From Lentisphaeria bacterium (GTDB lineage: Bacteria > Verrucomicrobiota > Lentisphaeria > Victivallales > UBA1829): a stretch of 64,000 nucleotides of DNA. The notes beneath the pieces were generated by a model. That model searched no databases. It was not told the DNA's origin and saw nothing but the letters and a program-made list of their open reading frames with translations. The position numbers and the translations under genes were made by a program. Location: NCBI GenBank assembly GCA_017615635.1, contig JAFZZR010000099.1, positions 6,618-70,617 of the forward strand, in the 5' to 3' direction. Positions 29,230-39,849 of this stretch are shown in pieces; the stretch's first letter is position 1, and every line of letters starts with the position of its first letter.

Positions 29230-32065
29230 GGGTGACTTCCTTTTTTTTGAAGTGCTCTTCCGCGGAAAGAATGGCTTCGATCGCCCGCAGAGCCTCTCCG
29301 TTGACCGACTCCCAGACCTCCTGACAGCCGATCGAACCGGCCATCGGGAAATCCCCGGCAATCATCATGGCCGGATAGTTCGCCGGATGGTCAACTGCAT
29401 AATCCGCTTTCCCTCCGCTGAGGTAGGCAGGGAGAATCCTGCGGCTGCCGGTACCGCATGAAATGCCTTTGAGGACCGCGCCCTTCAGCACCGTGCCGTC
29501 GGCATGGCCCGGAATGGCGTTCAGGGCGATCCAGGTGGCCACCGTTTTATGTCCGAAACCGGAAATCTGACTGGCGCCCAGATCATTGATCCCGGTGATG
29601 AAGTGGAAATTGTTCTGCGCCTGGACCAGATACTCCTTCCGGTCGAAAACGATCGACGCCCGGGCCATCAGCGTGGCTATGGCGAGATTCTGCAGAGAAA
29701 GATGTGTGGCGGACATTTTCGGGTAAGGCCAGTTTGTCAGCTCCACGGTCCTCAGCGGCGCCCCGTCCAGATTTTTGAAAATCTCTTCGACAAGCGGCTT
29801 CAGCACTGTCCGGACCCGTTCCGCCAGAGGCTCCTCCGGAAACGATGCGGCATATTCCAACGGTATGATCGCCCAGCTCCACAGATAGTAATGCATTTCG
29901 GAAATGCCGCTCCAGTGTTTTTCCCGGATACGGGAATCGACCTCATCCAGGATGGCGTTCAAATGCGGCTTTAACTCTTCAAGATATTTCCGGTCTCCGG
30001 TCAGACGGTAATACGTCATCATGCACTGTACCAGCACGGGGCCCATTTGATGGCTGAACCGGGCCGACCGGAGGAAGGGCGACTTGAGGAAGTCCTCATA
30101 GATCAGCATGGAGGTCTTCAGGTATTTCTCCCGTTCTTCCGGATCGCCGCAGGCAAGCGCGTATTCCGCCAGACTCCACGGCACGAAAATATCATGACCC
30201 GTGCCGACCGTGACCCGGTCGTCCGCCGTGCCGGGGATGTTATCCGTTTCGCTTTCCGGAGGACAAAGGTCGATGATGACCTGTCCGTTTTCCGCCAGAC
30301 GTTCCACCTTGTAATAGATTCGGCCGTTCGGGTCGGCGAGTTTATTCATCCATCTGGCGCCCCATTCCGCCTCGTTCAGAAGTGTCCGCGATTTCAGTCG
30401 TTTGCCCAGCCGTGAGAAAAAAACGACCGGCTTGGCCGCAGCCCCCGGATATTTGTCGAAATCGCCTGCGTCATGCCAGCCGCCCGAAACATCATGATGT
30501 CCGGTGACTTTTCCGCCTGCGAGCAGATTGGTTTTGCTGCGCAGCTGACCGTCGTCAAGATGGCAGGCCGGATGGAAGCCGGGAATGTCGAATCCGCACC
30601 GCATATGGAACATGAAATCGCGGCTGGACTCCACAATGGATTCATAGAAATCGTTTCGAATGGCGAACGGCCTGCTCTCGAACGGACCGGAGGAACTCAA
30701 AAGCCGGAACGTATAGACACCCGGGGCGGTGTACGGGGTGAAATCCGCCTCGTAATTGCTGCATTGCCAGATATCAGATCCGCGGTCGGAAAGCGGCCCG
30801 GAGAAAACAGTTCTGCCGGCTTCATCCAGAAGTTCAAAAGTCCCGTTCAGGGGCTCGCGGCTCCGGATGAACACCTTTTTACTGCCGCTCGCCGGATATC
30901 CCAGCTGACTTGCCAGAATTTCCAGCGGCGCATTGCCGAATCCATCGAATTCCAGATCATCGATCCAGATCGTGCCGCGATTGTTGATACTGTATACCCG
31001 GAACGTTACCAGATTGGCACCCGCCGGCGGTTTCATCGTGACATCGAATTTCTTCCAGTCGTGCGTACCCGCCGTGACAGCCGTGCGGTAGACGCCGACC
31101 GTATCCGCACGGTTGTAAACCCTGTTCAGATCGTTGCCCGCCTCGCTGCCGATGCCGCAGGGGGCCCAGGAACGCAGGAATTTAACTTCCAGAAACGTAT
31201 TGCCGGTGGCGTTCTGCGCCTTGATCCATCCCGAGAAGGTGAATTCCCTGGTATAGTCGATGATGGAGGTCACGGTGCTTTCGATCCCGGCAATGGAATC
31301 CCGGCTGCCGCTCAGCCGTATGCTGTACTCGCCGGAGTGCCGGACCGAGCTGTCCAGCGCCATGTCGAGCTGCGCCTTCAGCGACATATTCAGCGGATGC
31401 GTCTCGAAAAAGGGGATCCAGTTTTTAGGCTCGCCCGCATTGATGATCTCGAAGTTGCCGTTGGAGACCAGATTGGTCGGAGTCGAATCGAAATTCAGTT
31501 CGGCATTGGCGGTGCTGAACGCCTGCGGATCCTGACGCAGAAACACATCTTTCAGGGCAAAATCGGCTTCCGCCGTCTCATTGAAAATAAAGTACAGCCG
31601 CAGACTCTTTACCGGTTTCGGCGGCAGCCAGGAAGTGGCTTCCCGGCTCCAGGCACCCGACTGAAAGCGGAAGATGAAATGCGTGGCACTCCAGCCTTCG
31701 GTGGTCCCGTCCATGTAGACTACCTGATCCAGTACCAGCCCGTGATGATAGGAGACGGGGAAGCATTTTCCCTGAAAGGTAACGCCGTAGCGCAAAGTCA
31801 CGGGCTTCTCCTGATTGAGAACGATCTCCCGGCTGATCAGAGCGATCGTGGTCTGGGCGGGCAGCTTTACCGAGAATCCGCCATTCGCCAGCGGCTGCAT
31901 GAAGTTTGCCGCCGTACCGATTTCCCAGCCGTCGAGCTTGCCGTCGGCAAAGATCAGTCCGGGATTGGGCGCCAGGTTGCCGTTCTCCGCCGCATGAGCC
32001 GGAAAGACGACCGTCAGCATCCCTATTGCGGCGAATATCATAGTCGGAAAGATGCGGATTTTCAT
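29222..32065 (-). CDS. Secreted GH9 glycoside hydrolase with CBM-like and Ig-like N-terminal domains
   Basis: Signal peptide; NLAPNPG and NLVSNGNFE CBM starts; SQLGY Ig domain; GGWHDAGD. Confidence 0.82.
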   Translation of the reverse strand: MKIRIFPTMIFAAIGMLTVVFPAHAAENGNLAPNPGLIFADGKLDGWEIGTAANFMQPLANGGFSVKLPAQTTIALISREIVLNQEKPVTLRYGVTFQGKCFPVSYHHGLVLDQVVYMDGTTEGWSATHFIFRFQSGAWSREATSWLPPKPVKSLRLYFIFNETAEADFALKDVFLRQDPQAFSTANAELNFDSTPTNLVSNGNFEIINAGEPKNWIPFFETHPLNMSLKAQLDMALDSSVRHSGEYSIRLSGSRDSIAGIESTVTSIIDYTREFTFSGWIKAQNATGNTFLEVKFLRSWAPCGIGSEAGNDLNRVYNRADTVGVYRTAVTAGTHDWKKFDVTMKPPAGANLVTFRVYSINNRGTIWIDDLEFDGFGNAPLEILASQLGYPASGSKKVFIRSREPLNGTFELLDEAGRTVFSGPLSDRGSDIWQCSNYEADFTPYTAPGVYTFRLLSSSGPFESRPFAIRNDFYESIVESSRDFMFHMRCGFDIPGFHPACHLDDGQLRSKTNLLAGGKVTGHHDVSGGWHDAGDFDKYPGAAAKPVVFFSRLGKRLKSRTLLNEAEWGARWMNKLADPNGRIYYKVERLAENGQVIIDLCPPESETDNIPGTADDRVTVGTGHDIFVPWSLAEYALACGDPEEREKYLKTSMLIYEDFLKSPFLRSARFSHQMGPVLVQCMMTYYRLTGDRKYLEELKPHLNAILDEVDSRIREKHWSGISEMHYYLWSWAIIPLEYAASFPEEPLAERVRTVLKPLVEEIFKNLDGAPLRTVELTNWPYPKMSATHLSLQNLAIATLMARASIVFDRKEYLVQAQNNFHFITGINDLGASQISGFGHKTVATWIALNAIPGHADGTVLKGAVLKGISCGTGSRRILPAYLSGGKADYAVDHPANYPAMMIAGDFPMAGSIGCQEVWESVNGEALRAIEAILSAEEHFKKKEVTHE

Positions 32066-32099
32066 TTTTTTTCACCATCAGGTATTGACGTTACATGGA

Positions 32100-32816
32100 T
32101 TATTTTATGTTGAACCACATCTGCCCTTGCTGATTGTACAACAGCGTGGTGCGGGAATCATCTGCGCTTTCCACATGTCCGTCGGCAAAAAGGACATTGA
32201 CATTCCTTTTGTGCGGATAGTTCGGAATAAAATACTGATCCGTGTTCTTGAATTTAGAGCCCCAGAAAGAATAAGCGGTATCCGTGATATCGTTGGCTGT
32301 GTACGAATAGTTTCCGCCTTCCGTGAGCAGACCGATTCTGCTGGCGGAATAGAGTTTGCCTGCGCGTAATTTCACCAGCGGATCGTTGTGATTGCTGGCC
32401 GCTTTGAAATCTTTCGGCGAGAAGGCTGTGTTGTATACGTAATTGGCCAGAAAGGTTTTTCCCGAAAGCGTTCTATTGTATTCCGGATAATAATGGTTGT
32501 AGATGTTGGCAGAACAAAGCAGCACATTGGCTTTTTCATCGACTTCGGGCAGTTGTCCGCCATACATCAGAATACACGCCCAGGGCACATTTTGGCCGTT
32601 GATCGTTGTCCAACCATTGGGGTAATAATCGTCGTTTGCGTCATTGTACATGGTAAACGAAAGTCCCAGCTGCTTGAGATTGGATTGGCAGGCCGTGGCC
32701 TGCGCCTGGGACTTGACCGAGCCCAATGCGGGGAGCAGCATTCCGGCAAGGATGGCGATGATCGCAATAACCACGAGCAACTCGATCAGGGTAAAACTCT
32801 TGGACCTGTCTTTCAT
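32100..32816 (-). CDS. Prepilin-type N-terminal cleavage / H-X9-DG (DUF1559-like) protein
   Basis: [24 protein letters not shown]; CQSNLKQLG; [14 protein letters not shown]. Confidence 0.92.
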   Translation of the reverse strand: MKDRSKSFTLIELLVVIAIIAILAGMLLPALGSVKSQAQATACQSNLKQLGLSFTMYNDANDDYYPNGWTTINGQNVPWACILMYGGQLPEVDEKANVLLCSANIYNHYYPEYNRTLSGKTFLANYVYNTAFSPKDFKAASNHNDPLVKLRAGKLYSASRIGLLTEGGNYSYTANDITDTAYSFWGSKFKNTDQYFIPNYPHKRNVNVLFADGHVESADDSRTTLLYNQQGQMWFNIK

Positions 32817-35116
32817 GTTGTTTCCTTTCTCTTGTTTTGTGCCTCTTCCGTGTATCGCGTGAAATTCTCCATGCACCGGCGGTATGCGTCGAAATCGTAC
32901 GGCGCAGTACCCAGCAGTGCGTGATTGTAATACGTCTCTCTGCCGTCATCCCATTCCAGCAGAAGGATCTGCATGGACTTCGGGCGGTGATCGAACCATT
33001 TGAGTTCACAGCTTCCGCCGGAGGGGACAGAGTATCCGCCTTCCGCCAGCACTTCGCCGGAGGCCAGATCGAGCACACGCCAGGATCCGGCGGCTGCATC
33101 GCCGCGGTCATTGACCATGACCGGGACCGCCCGCCAGCTGACAGGCTCCGGCAGAATCAGACAGAGCTCCTGCTGGGCGCGTTTGACATAATCGAACGCC
33201 TTTTTGCGCTCCATATAGAAATCGATGAGCGCCTCCGAGCATTGCGGCCAGCCGTCCAGCAGATTCCAAAGCATCAGTCCGCCTTTTGAACCGCGATGGA
33301 TGCGGAACATTTCCACAAACGTCTTCATGGCTTCGGCGTGAACGATCTGCGATTTCTCGATCAGTTCCCCGAAAGTCTCCGGAGTCCCGCCGAACGACCG
33401 TTCCGCCAGTTTCAGCAGCAGCGGGACCCGGAAAGAGAACGAGGGATGTTCCGCATTAAAGGGAGCCGTGGCATGAACGTGCCAGGCAGAGACATTGTCC
33501 CGTACAGCCGAGACGGACAAGGCGCTTTCCGGCAGGTACCGTTTCAGGGAGGAGAGCGGATTCATGCCAGGGTATCCCACTTCACTGATGAATGCGCAGC
33601 GGAAGGAATCATGATAGTAATCCGATTTCCAGTCGTAGCGGTCGCCCCAGGGATGAAGTTCCGGCGGCAGGAATCGTCCGGAAGCCCGCCATACCTCATC
33701 GCTGAGGAAAGGCGAGCTGGGGATGTATGCGGTTTCCGGCGCATATTCTCCCACGGCCTCCGGAAGGATCCGGCGCGTAACGGCATTGTGCGAGGGCGGC
33801 AGGTACGGCGAGCTGCTCCTGTGGATCACATCGCATTCGTTGTCGCCGCACAGCAGGGCCAGAGACGGATGATTGCGAAGTTTTTTCAGGATGGATGCGG
33901 CCTCTTCTGCGACTTCATGCAGGAACCAATCATCGTGAGGGGGACATTCGCAGGCAAACATGAAATCCTGCCAGACCATCATGCCATGCCGGTCGCACCA
34001 GTCGTAGAAATCGTCATCCTCATATACACCGCCGCCCCAGATCCGCACCATATTGCAGTGCAGTTCCCGCGCGGCCTCCAGAGCCTCGAACCGCCGGTCC
34101 GCGTTTTCGCCGTGCAGCGCGTTCACCGGTACGTGATTGATGCCTCGTATGTAGATTTTCCGCCCGTTGACAATGAAGTCGAACCGGTCCTCCGCTGCCC
34201 CCTGTGCTTTCTCCCGGTAATCCAGCGTGATCGTGCGTACGGCGGTATGGAATTTCCGGACTGCTGCACACCGTCCCCGCAGAAATAGTGTCAACTCCGC
34301 TTCGTAAAGAGGCGCATCGCCGCTTCCTGCCGGCCACCAGAGTTTCGGATCCGGCAGGAAAAAGTAGGTTTTGCCGCAGACGAAACGAGGCGTGAATCGG
34401 TGCGTGAAGCGCTGTTCGCCGCATGTGAGTACAAGCTCCGCCGAAAAGTCATCCAGCTCCGCCTCGTCGGTCCGGAGGCTCCAGTTGAGATAAAAAAGCG
34501 CTCCCTCCGGCAGGATCTGAATCGTCCGGAGATAAAGCTCTTCCCAGTCCGTAGGCGAATTGATCTCGATCCGTACAGGACGCCACAGCCCGGCGCCGGG
34601 CAGACGAGGCAGGATGTCCCATCCAAAACTGTGCCGGGCTTTCCGCAGATAGAGAGCTTCGTAGTTGTAGTCCTGCGCCCGGGCATGGGCGGGAACGCGA
34701 AAACGCCGTGCATAGTTCACCGGGGACTGGAGAAGGACTTTCAGTGTATGCGTTCTGCCGGGCGCAGTATATGCGGTAATGTCAAGCCGCTGTTCCACGA
34801 ACATATTGCGGCTCTGAGCTATCCGTTCTCCGTCCAATATGTACTCTGCTATGGTGTCCACTCCGCCGAACACCAACTCCACGCGTTCGCCGTCGGCAAA
34901 ATCAGGTGTGGCAAAAGTACTGGTATATTCAAAGTCCAAGTATTCGAACGGACGGAACGCCAGGGCGTTTTCTCCATTGAACGGATCCTCCGCCTTTCCG
35001 GCGCGGACGATGTCGGCAAGGACGTTGCCGGGCACCCGTGCCGGGATCTCGACGGGCTGTCCGTCCTGCGGCGTGTATTTCAGCCGCCAGGGAGACGTCC
35101 ACGGTATCACCTTCAT
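32813..35116 (-). CDS. GH2 beta-mannosidase-like glycoside hydrolase
   Basis: [38 protein letters not shown]. Confidence 0.9.
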   Translation of the reverse strand: MKVIPWTSPWRLKYTPQDGQPVEIPARVPGNVLADIVRAGKAEDPFNGENALAFRPFEYLDFEYTSTFATPDFADGERVELVFGGVDTIAEYILDGERIAQSRNMFVEQRLDITAYTAPGRTHTLKVLLQSPVNYARRFRVPAHARAQDYNYEALYLRKARHSFGWDILPRLPGAGLWRPVRIEINSPTDWEELYLRTIQILPEGALFYLNWSLRTDEAELDDFSAELVLTCGEQRFTHRFTPRFVCGKTYFFLPDPKLWWPAGSGDAPLYEAELTLFLRGRCAAVRKFHTAVRTITLDYREKAQGAAEDRFDFIVNGRKIYIRGINHVPVNALHGENADRRFEALEAARELHCNMVRIWGGGVYEDDDFYDWCDRHGMMVWQDFMFACECPPHDDWFLHEVAEEAASILKKLRNHPSLALLCGDNECDVIHRSSSPYLPPSHNAVTRRILPEAVGEYAPETAYIPSSPFLSDEVWRASGRFLPPELHPWGDRYDWKSDYYHDSFRCAFISEVGYPGMNPLSSLKRYLPESALSVSAVRDNVSAWHVHATAPFNAEHPSFSFRVPLLLKLAERSFGGTPETFGELIEKSQIVHAEAMKTFVEMFRIHRGSKGGLMLWNLLDGWPQCSEALIDFYMERKKAFDYVKRAQQELCLILPEPVSWRAVPVMVNDRGDAAAGSWRVLDLASGEVLAEGGYSVPSGGSCELKWFDHRPKSMQILLLEWDDGRETYYNHALLGTAPYDFDAYRRCMENFTRYTEEAQNKRKETT

Positions 35117-35132
35117 TTTCAGCCTCGTTCGG

Positions 35133-35197
35133 TTGCGGAAAATTATCTTGCGCAAAATAATCCTCAGCTAATATACAATATGTTGCGCAAATTTCAA
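35133..35197 (-). promoter_or_regulatory. CAZyme operon promoter with LacI-type operators
   Basis: TTGAAA-N16-TATATT 35197..35170; TTGCGCAA at 35148 and 35183; TTGCGGAA at 35133. Confidence 0.65.
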
Positions 35198-35283
35198 GAC
35201 TCCCCGACATTTTTTGTTGAAAAAATCCGTTTCGAGAGTATTTTACCTGCAATCTGATCGATACGGAACAGGAAGTCTTCTTT

Positions 35284-36306
35284 ATGGCGCGAAGAGCAGG
35301 AAAAGTCAGTATTCTCACCATGGCCGGGGAACTGGGGGTCTCCCCCTCCACGATCTCCCGCGTCCTCAATAATCGTGCCGGGGTGGGCGAGGCGACCCGG
35401 AGTGCGGTACTGGAGCTTGTGCGGAAATACGATTTCAAGCTGAACTACCCGCAGCGGCATCAGCCGCAGATTGCCACAGTGGTGAGTTCCAGAAGCGGCA
35501 TCTCCGGCTATACCAGCCGGGTCCTGACCGGGATCTACGAGTATTTTTCCAGACATACGTTCCGGGTCAATACCATCGTCCTCAATCCGGAGAGCGACAG
35601 TTCCATTCTCGAAGCCGTGCGGGAACAGCAATGCTCGGGCGTCATCCTGATCCAGCCGATGTATTTTTCCGGACAGCTGCCGCAGCTGGTCGCCAGCGGT
35701 CTGCCGGTTATGGAAATCGACAGCGATTCCGGAATCCCCGGGATCGGCTGTATCGATAACGACGCCTATTCCGGCGCGGTCGAACTGACCCGTCATCTTC
35801 TGGATCTTGGACACCGTAAAATCGGATTCCTGCTGCGGTGGCCGGACAGCCTCAACCATATTCAGCGGCTCAAAGGCTACAGAGAAACACTGGCGGAAGC
35901 GGGAATCACCGGTATGGATAAATGGGTGGTGTCCGATACGAAATTTTCCGTTGAACCGGGAGAGAATGCGGGGGCCATGCTGGAGGAGCTTCTGCGTCGG
36001 GAGCCCGGTATCACGGCGGTGATCGGGGTCAACGACGAGCTGGCGCTGGGCGCCATGCACCGCGCCGTCCGATCAGGCATGAGGGTCCCGGAAGATCTGT
36101 CTGTTGCCGGATTCGACGACACGGATTTCTGCCGTCTGACCATTCCGGAAATGACCTCAGTGACACACCCCTGCCGGGAAGCGGGGCTCCGCGCTGCGGC
36201 TGCGATAACCGCCTATATCGAATCCAACGGCAAGACAGCGCTGCCGCGAGAGGTTTTGTCCACGCACCTGGTCCCCCGCCGATCCACCGGACCGGCACCT
36301 CACTGA
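35284..36306 (+). CDS. LacI-family transcriptional regulator
   Basis: MAGELGVSPSTISRVLN; LGHRKIG; VPEDLSVAGFDD. Confidence 0.95.
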   Translation: MARRAGKVSILTMAGELGVSPSTISRVLNNRAGVGEATRSAVLELVRKYDFKLNYPQRHQPQIATVVSSRSGISGYTSRVLTGIYEYFSRHTFRVNTIVLNPESDSSILEAVREQQCSGVILIQPMYFSGQLPQLVASGLPVMEIDSDSGIPGIGCIDNDAYSGAVELTRHLLDLGHRKIGFLLRWPDSLNHIQRLKGYRETLAEAGITGMDKWVVSDTKFSVEPGENAGAMLEELLRREPGITAVIGVNDELALGAMHRAVRSGMRVPEDLSVAGFDDTDFCRLTIPEMTSVTHPCREAGLRAAAAITAYIESNGKTALPREVLSTHLVPRRSTGPAPH

Positions 36307-36440
36307 CGGGAGAAAAGATTGTCCAGAAGAATTTTGGAAAATCGCGGATAATCATTTCTTTTGTCAGTTGAACGAAACATGCACACGAAAAGACAGTTAA
36401 GCCACCGGCGGGATACGGCAGGACGAGGCAGGCACACCCG

Positions 36441-37952
36441 TTATTTTCCGATCAGGATCCGGGCCCCGTGGCGGGGAAGATTCATTTTCAGTTCCGCGCT
36501 CCGGCCGATGTCCCGCCGCTGCCAGGGATCGTACAGAAGAGTTTCGTCCGGCAGACGGAACTCCAGAAGCTGGGCGGAGTCGGACAGGTTGAAAAATCCG
36601 TAGGCGGCCCGGCCGCCGGCCAGAGGTTTGCGGTAGATGCGGATCTCCCGGATCACATTGCCGTTGTTGTCATAATCGGTCTCATTGCGGATCATGACGG
36701 TGCGGCCGGAAACATCCTGATTGACGGCGAGCATATCCTCGTTGGAGAAGAGGTCCAGCGTGAATTCGTCGATCTGCTCGAAATTGCAGCTGAGCTGAAC
36801 GGGACTGGAAAGGAGAGTCCATGCGGAGAAGCAGAAGATCATTTCGTCGCGTGTCAGTTCGGATTTGAATGCGTAGGGATGGACCGGTCCCAGAGCCAGC
36901 ATATCCAGATCGTACCAGGCGCCGGGTCCGGTATGGGGCAGCCAGGCGTCGGAGGTGCGCAGCGTGGCCTGAATGGAATCCCAGCAGGTGAGATTGTCGT
37001 TGTTGTCGCGGAACATATTGGCATACTTTTTATATTCGTCGGCCATCTGCGGGGGACAGTGAGTGGTCAGAGAATAAACGAAATCGCGTTCGGTGGCAAG
37101 GAGAGCCTCCTTCATCCGGCGAACGTGTTCCAGATCGCACTCCGGCCAGTCATATTTGAGATAATCGAATCCCCACTGAGCCCACTGCGCGGCGTCTTCC
37201 TTTTCCCGTCCGTTTATGCCGATGCCTCCGAAATTTCCGTTTTTGCCGATGCCCTTGGCGTAGCCCCGTTCGTCGGTCTGCATCCAGAGGGAAAGATCGA
37301 TCGGATAGTCCGTGCTGCCGCGGAAAAGCTCTTCCGGATTGGATCCCCAGGCGATCACCATGGGCGTGGAATAAATTCCCGCCTTCAGCCCGAGCGAATG
37401 GATCTCCTTCACCATGGCGCCCATATCCGGAAAGCGCTCGTTGGGGATCAGCGCCAGCGTATCCAGACGGCGTTTGCCGCCCTGCCAGCCGGAATCGAGA
37501 TTCACATAGGCATAGCCGCGGGCCGCCAGCCCCAGCTGTTTTATATAGTGCGCCTGCTTCAGAATTTTTTCCTGATTCAGCCAGCGGTCCATGGCGTTCC
37601 ACGAACTCCAGCCCAGAAGCGGAGACAATCCGGTCATGCCCGGATGCACCTTCAGAATAAAATCCTTTTCGTCCGCGCCGTGCCGGTTGACGGCGCGGAT
37701 CCGGAGCGGATAATCGCCCTCTTCCGAAGTCTTCCCGGTCAGCTGTCCGGAAACGGGATCGAGCGTGATCCCATCCGGCAGGCGCCCTTCCGCCTGAAAA
37801 CGAACGGGCGCTTCCCCGCGGACGGGGAACACATAGAAGCAGATCTTGCCGGGAGTCAGACCGAAGACAGAGGGGCCGTTGATATGGGGCTCCCCCTGAT
37901 CGAACGGAAGGCGGGACGAGACGGATACGGTATCGGACAACAGATTCTTCAT
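36441..37952 (-). CDS. GH27 alpha-galactosidase with Ig-like (He_PIG) domain
   Basis: LGWSSWN, NLDSGWQ, GFDYLKYDW, DLDML; LPDGITLDPVSGQLTG. Confidence 0.9.
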   Translation of the reverse strand: MKNLLSDTVSVSSRLPFDQGEPHINGPSVFGLTPGKICFYVFPVRGEAPVRFQAEGRLPDGITLDPVSGQLTGKTSEEGDYPLRIRAVNRHGADEKDFILKVHPGMTGLSPLLGWSSWNAMDRWLNQEKILKQAHYIKQLGLAARGYAYVNLDSGWQGGKRRLDTLALIPNERFPDMGAMVKEIHSLGLKAGIYSTPMVIAWGSNPEELFRGSTDYPIDLSLWMQTDERGYAKGIGKNGNFGGIGINGREKEDAAQWAQWGFDYLKYDWPECDLEHVRRMKEALLATERDFVYSLTTHCPPQMADEYKKYANMFRDNNDNLTCWDSIQATLRTSDAWLPHTGPGAWYDLDMLALGPVHPYAFKSELTRDEMIFCFSAWTLLSSPVQLSCNFEQIDEFTLDLFSNEDMLAVNQDVSGRTVMIRNETDYDNNGNVIREIRIYRKPLAGGRAAYGFFNLSDSAQLLEFRLPDETLLYDPWQRRDIGRSAELKMNLPRHGARILIGK

Positions 37953-38049
37953 GTTCACATTCCCCGGGTAAAAAGGACGGTAAATACGGAAAAGTCTCTT
38001 CCGTTCAATATAGCCCGGATTCGCCGTTATGCAACCGGACCGGTCCGGA

Positions 38050-38084
38050 TTTTTACGGGAAACGCCAGCAGACCGTGCTGCGGA
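38050..38084 (+). repeat. 35-bp direct repeat, copy 1 (duplicate of the batA-like 3' end)
   Basis: TTTTTACGGGAAACGCCAGCAGACCGTGCTGCGGA, identical to 38806-38840. Confidence 0.93.
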
Positions 38085-38243
38085 TACGATGGACGGCCGT
38101 ATTCCCCCTTCGGCGGAACCCTTCCTGCCGTAAGACGCGTTGCGCCTGAGCATTGAAAAAACTCTTTTCTATTCGAAATAATTTGCAATGTTCTGTATGT
38201 ATGCTATATTTACAGTTGAACAAAATAACTCCGGATGGTGTCA

Positions 38244-38525
38244 ATGGATTTTGTTTGGGATGAAAGCAAGGCTGAACTGAATCTTCGCAAGCACGGCGTC
38301 AGCTTCCAGGAAGCCTCGACGGTTTTTGAAGATTATGATGCCCTGCAGATTTATGATCCCGATCATTCCGAGGAGGAAGACCGGTTTATCATGCTGGGAA
38401 TGAGTTCAGCCTTGCGGATTTTGGTGGTCTGCCACTGTTACAGGGAGAACGAGGGGCAGATCCGAATCATTTCCGCGAGGAAAGCGACCAGAAAAGAAAC
38501 AGCCACTTACAACGGGAGGAAATAA
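38244..38525 (+). CDS. brnT: BrnT family ribonuclease toxin
   Basis: FVWDESKAELNLRKHGVSF...EDRF...IRIISARKAT. Confidence 0.93.
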   Translation: MDFVWDESKAELNLRKHGVSFQEASTVFEDYDALQIYDPDHSEEEDRFIMLGMSSALRILVVCHCYRENEGQIRIISARKATRKETATYNGRK

Positions 38526-38527
38526 AC

Positions 38528-38737
38528 ATGCGCAGAGAGTATGATTTTTCAAAGGGGATCAAGAATCCCTATGTGAGACAGAAGAAAACGGCAGTGACCA
38601 TTCGTCTGGATCCGACGGCTGTTTCGTATTTCAAGCAGCTTTCCGAGCAGATGAATCTGCCGTATCAGACGCTGATCAATCTGTACCTGACCGACTGCGC
38701 ACAGCGCCAGGTCAAGCCGAATATCTCCTGGCAGTAA
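38528..38737 (+). CDS. brnA: BrnA antitoxin
   Basis: MRREYDFSKG..NPY, VTIRLD, PYQTLINLYL. Confidence 0.92.
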   Translation: MRREYDFSKGIKNPYVRQKKTAVTIRLDPTAVSYFKQLSEQMNLPYQTLINLYLTDCAQRQVKPNISWQ

Positions 38738-38805
38738 TCTCCGCCCCAGGTGCATATCGCCCATAAGGATCCGGGCCTTGTCCGCCGGGAAGTCGAGTCA
38801 ACAGC

Positions 38806-38840
38806 TTTTTACGGGAAACGCCAGCAGACCGTGCTGCGGA
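38806..38840 (+). repeat. 35-bp direct repeat, copy 2 (overlaps the batA-like stop)
   Basis: Identical to 38050-38084. Confidence 0.93.
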
Positions 38841-39849
38841 GAGCCAGTCCCAGAAGCATGAATCCCGCGGCGCACCAGGCCATTGTGGGATAATACTCCT
38901 TCCAGACAGTCATGGCGGGCTGTTCTGCGCCGGTTTTTTCCAGCTTGTCGATGGCCCGCATAGCCTGCGTCATGCCGTCCCCGTCGGCCGCGTGATAGTA
39001 TTTTCCGCCGGTGATGGAAGCGATCTCGCGAAGCAGCTTTTCATCGAACTGTTCCGGATAGGGCTCGTATCCGAAAGGCGACGGCACATACGCATTGCCG
39101 GAACCGATGCCCACGGTATAGATGGTGACCTTGAACGTATCCGCCAGCTTCGCCGCCTCCTCCGGGGTGATCTGCATGGGAACCGTGTTGGCGCCGTCGG
39201 TGAACAACACGACGATGCGGCTCTTGGAATCCATGTCCTTCAGGCGGTTGACCGCGCTGGCGATGGGCCCGGCGATTCCGGTGCCGTCGCCGATCATCTG
39301 GGGCTGCATCCGGAAGAGGTTGGCCAGCAGGAAAGCATGATCCAGCGTGGGCGGACAGATCACATAGGGGCGGTCCGCAAAGGCGATGAGGCCGATCCTG
39401 TCCCCGGGTCTGGATTCGATGAACCGGGCGATCGCCTGTTTCGAAGCCTCCAGCCGGTTTTTGAGCTTTTCCTTGCGCAGGGCGTCTTCCGTCTGGGCTC
39501 GGGAGTAATGCTGCGGGACATCGATGGCCGACATGCTGCCGGAGAGGTCCACGGCCAGAACGATATCGATCCCATCCGATTTCGCCCGGATCGTCTCCAG
39601 ACCTTTCCGGGGTCTGGCCAGTCCGGCGATCAGGAAAACGCCCGCCGCGGCAAAAGCGAGAAAGACAAAAAGTTTCCGCAGATCCGCACGCGGTCTGTCC
39701 TCCTCGCCTTCCGCCAGACGGAACGGCAGAAGCGAAGGCACGGTGAGAGACGGCTCCTTCCGGCGCCAGGCGAAAAACAGGATCGCCGCGTACGGGATCA
39801 GCAGAAGAAGGAGCCAGGGATATTCGAACTCGAAAGGAAACGCAGTCAT
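38809..39849 (-). CDS. VWA domain protein, BatA-like
   Basis: BatA N-terminal FEYPWLLLLL; MIDAS DLSGSM; DRIGLIAF; LFTDG. Confidence 0.9.
   Translation of the reverse strand: MTAFPFEFEYPWLLLLLIPYAAILFFAWRRKEPSLTVPSLLPFRLAEGEEDRPRADLRKLFVFLAFAAAGVFLIAGLARPRKGLETIRAKSDGIDIVLAVDLSGSMSAIDVPQHYSRAQTEDALRKEKLKNRLEASKQAIARFIESRPGDRIGLIAFADRPYVICPPTLDHAFLLANLFRMQPQMIGDGTGIAGPIASAVNRLKDMDSKSRIVVLFTDGANTVPMQITPEEAAKLADTFKVTIYTVGIGSGNAYVPSPFGYEPYPEQFDEKLLREIASITGGKYYHAADGDGMTQAMRAIDKLEKTGAEQPAMTVWKEYYPTMAWCAAGFMLLGLALRSTVCWRFP

Noticed and set aside
38193-38215. LexA box at the brnTA promoter
   Set aside because: CTGT/ACAG spacing does not match CTGT-N8-ACAG; more likely an antitoxin operator
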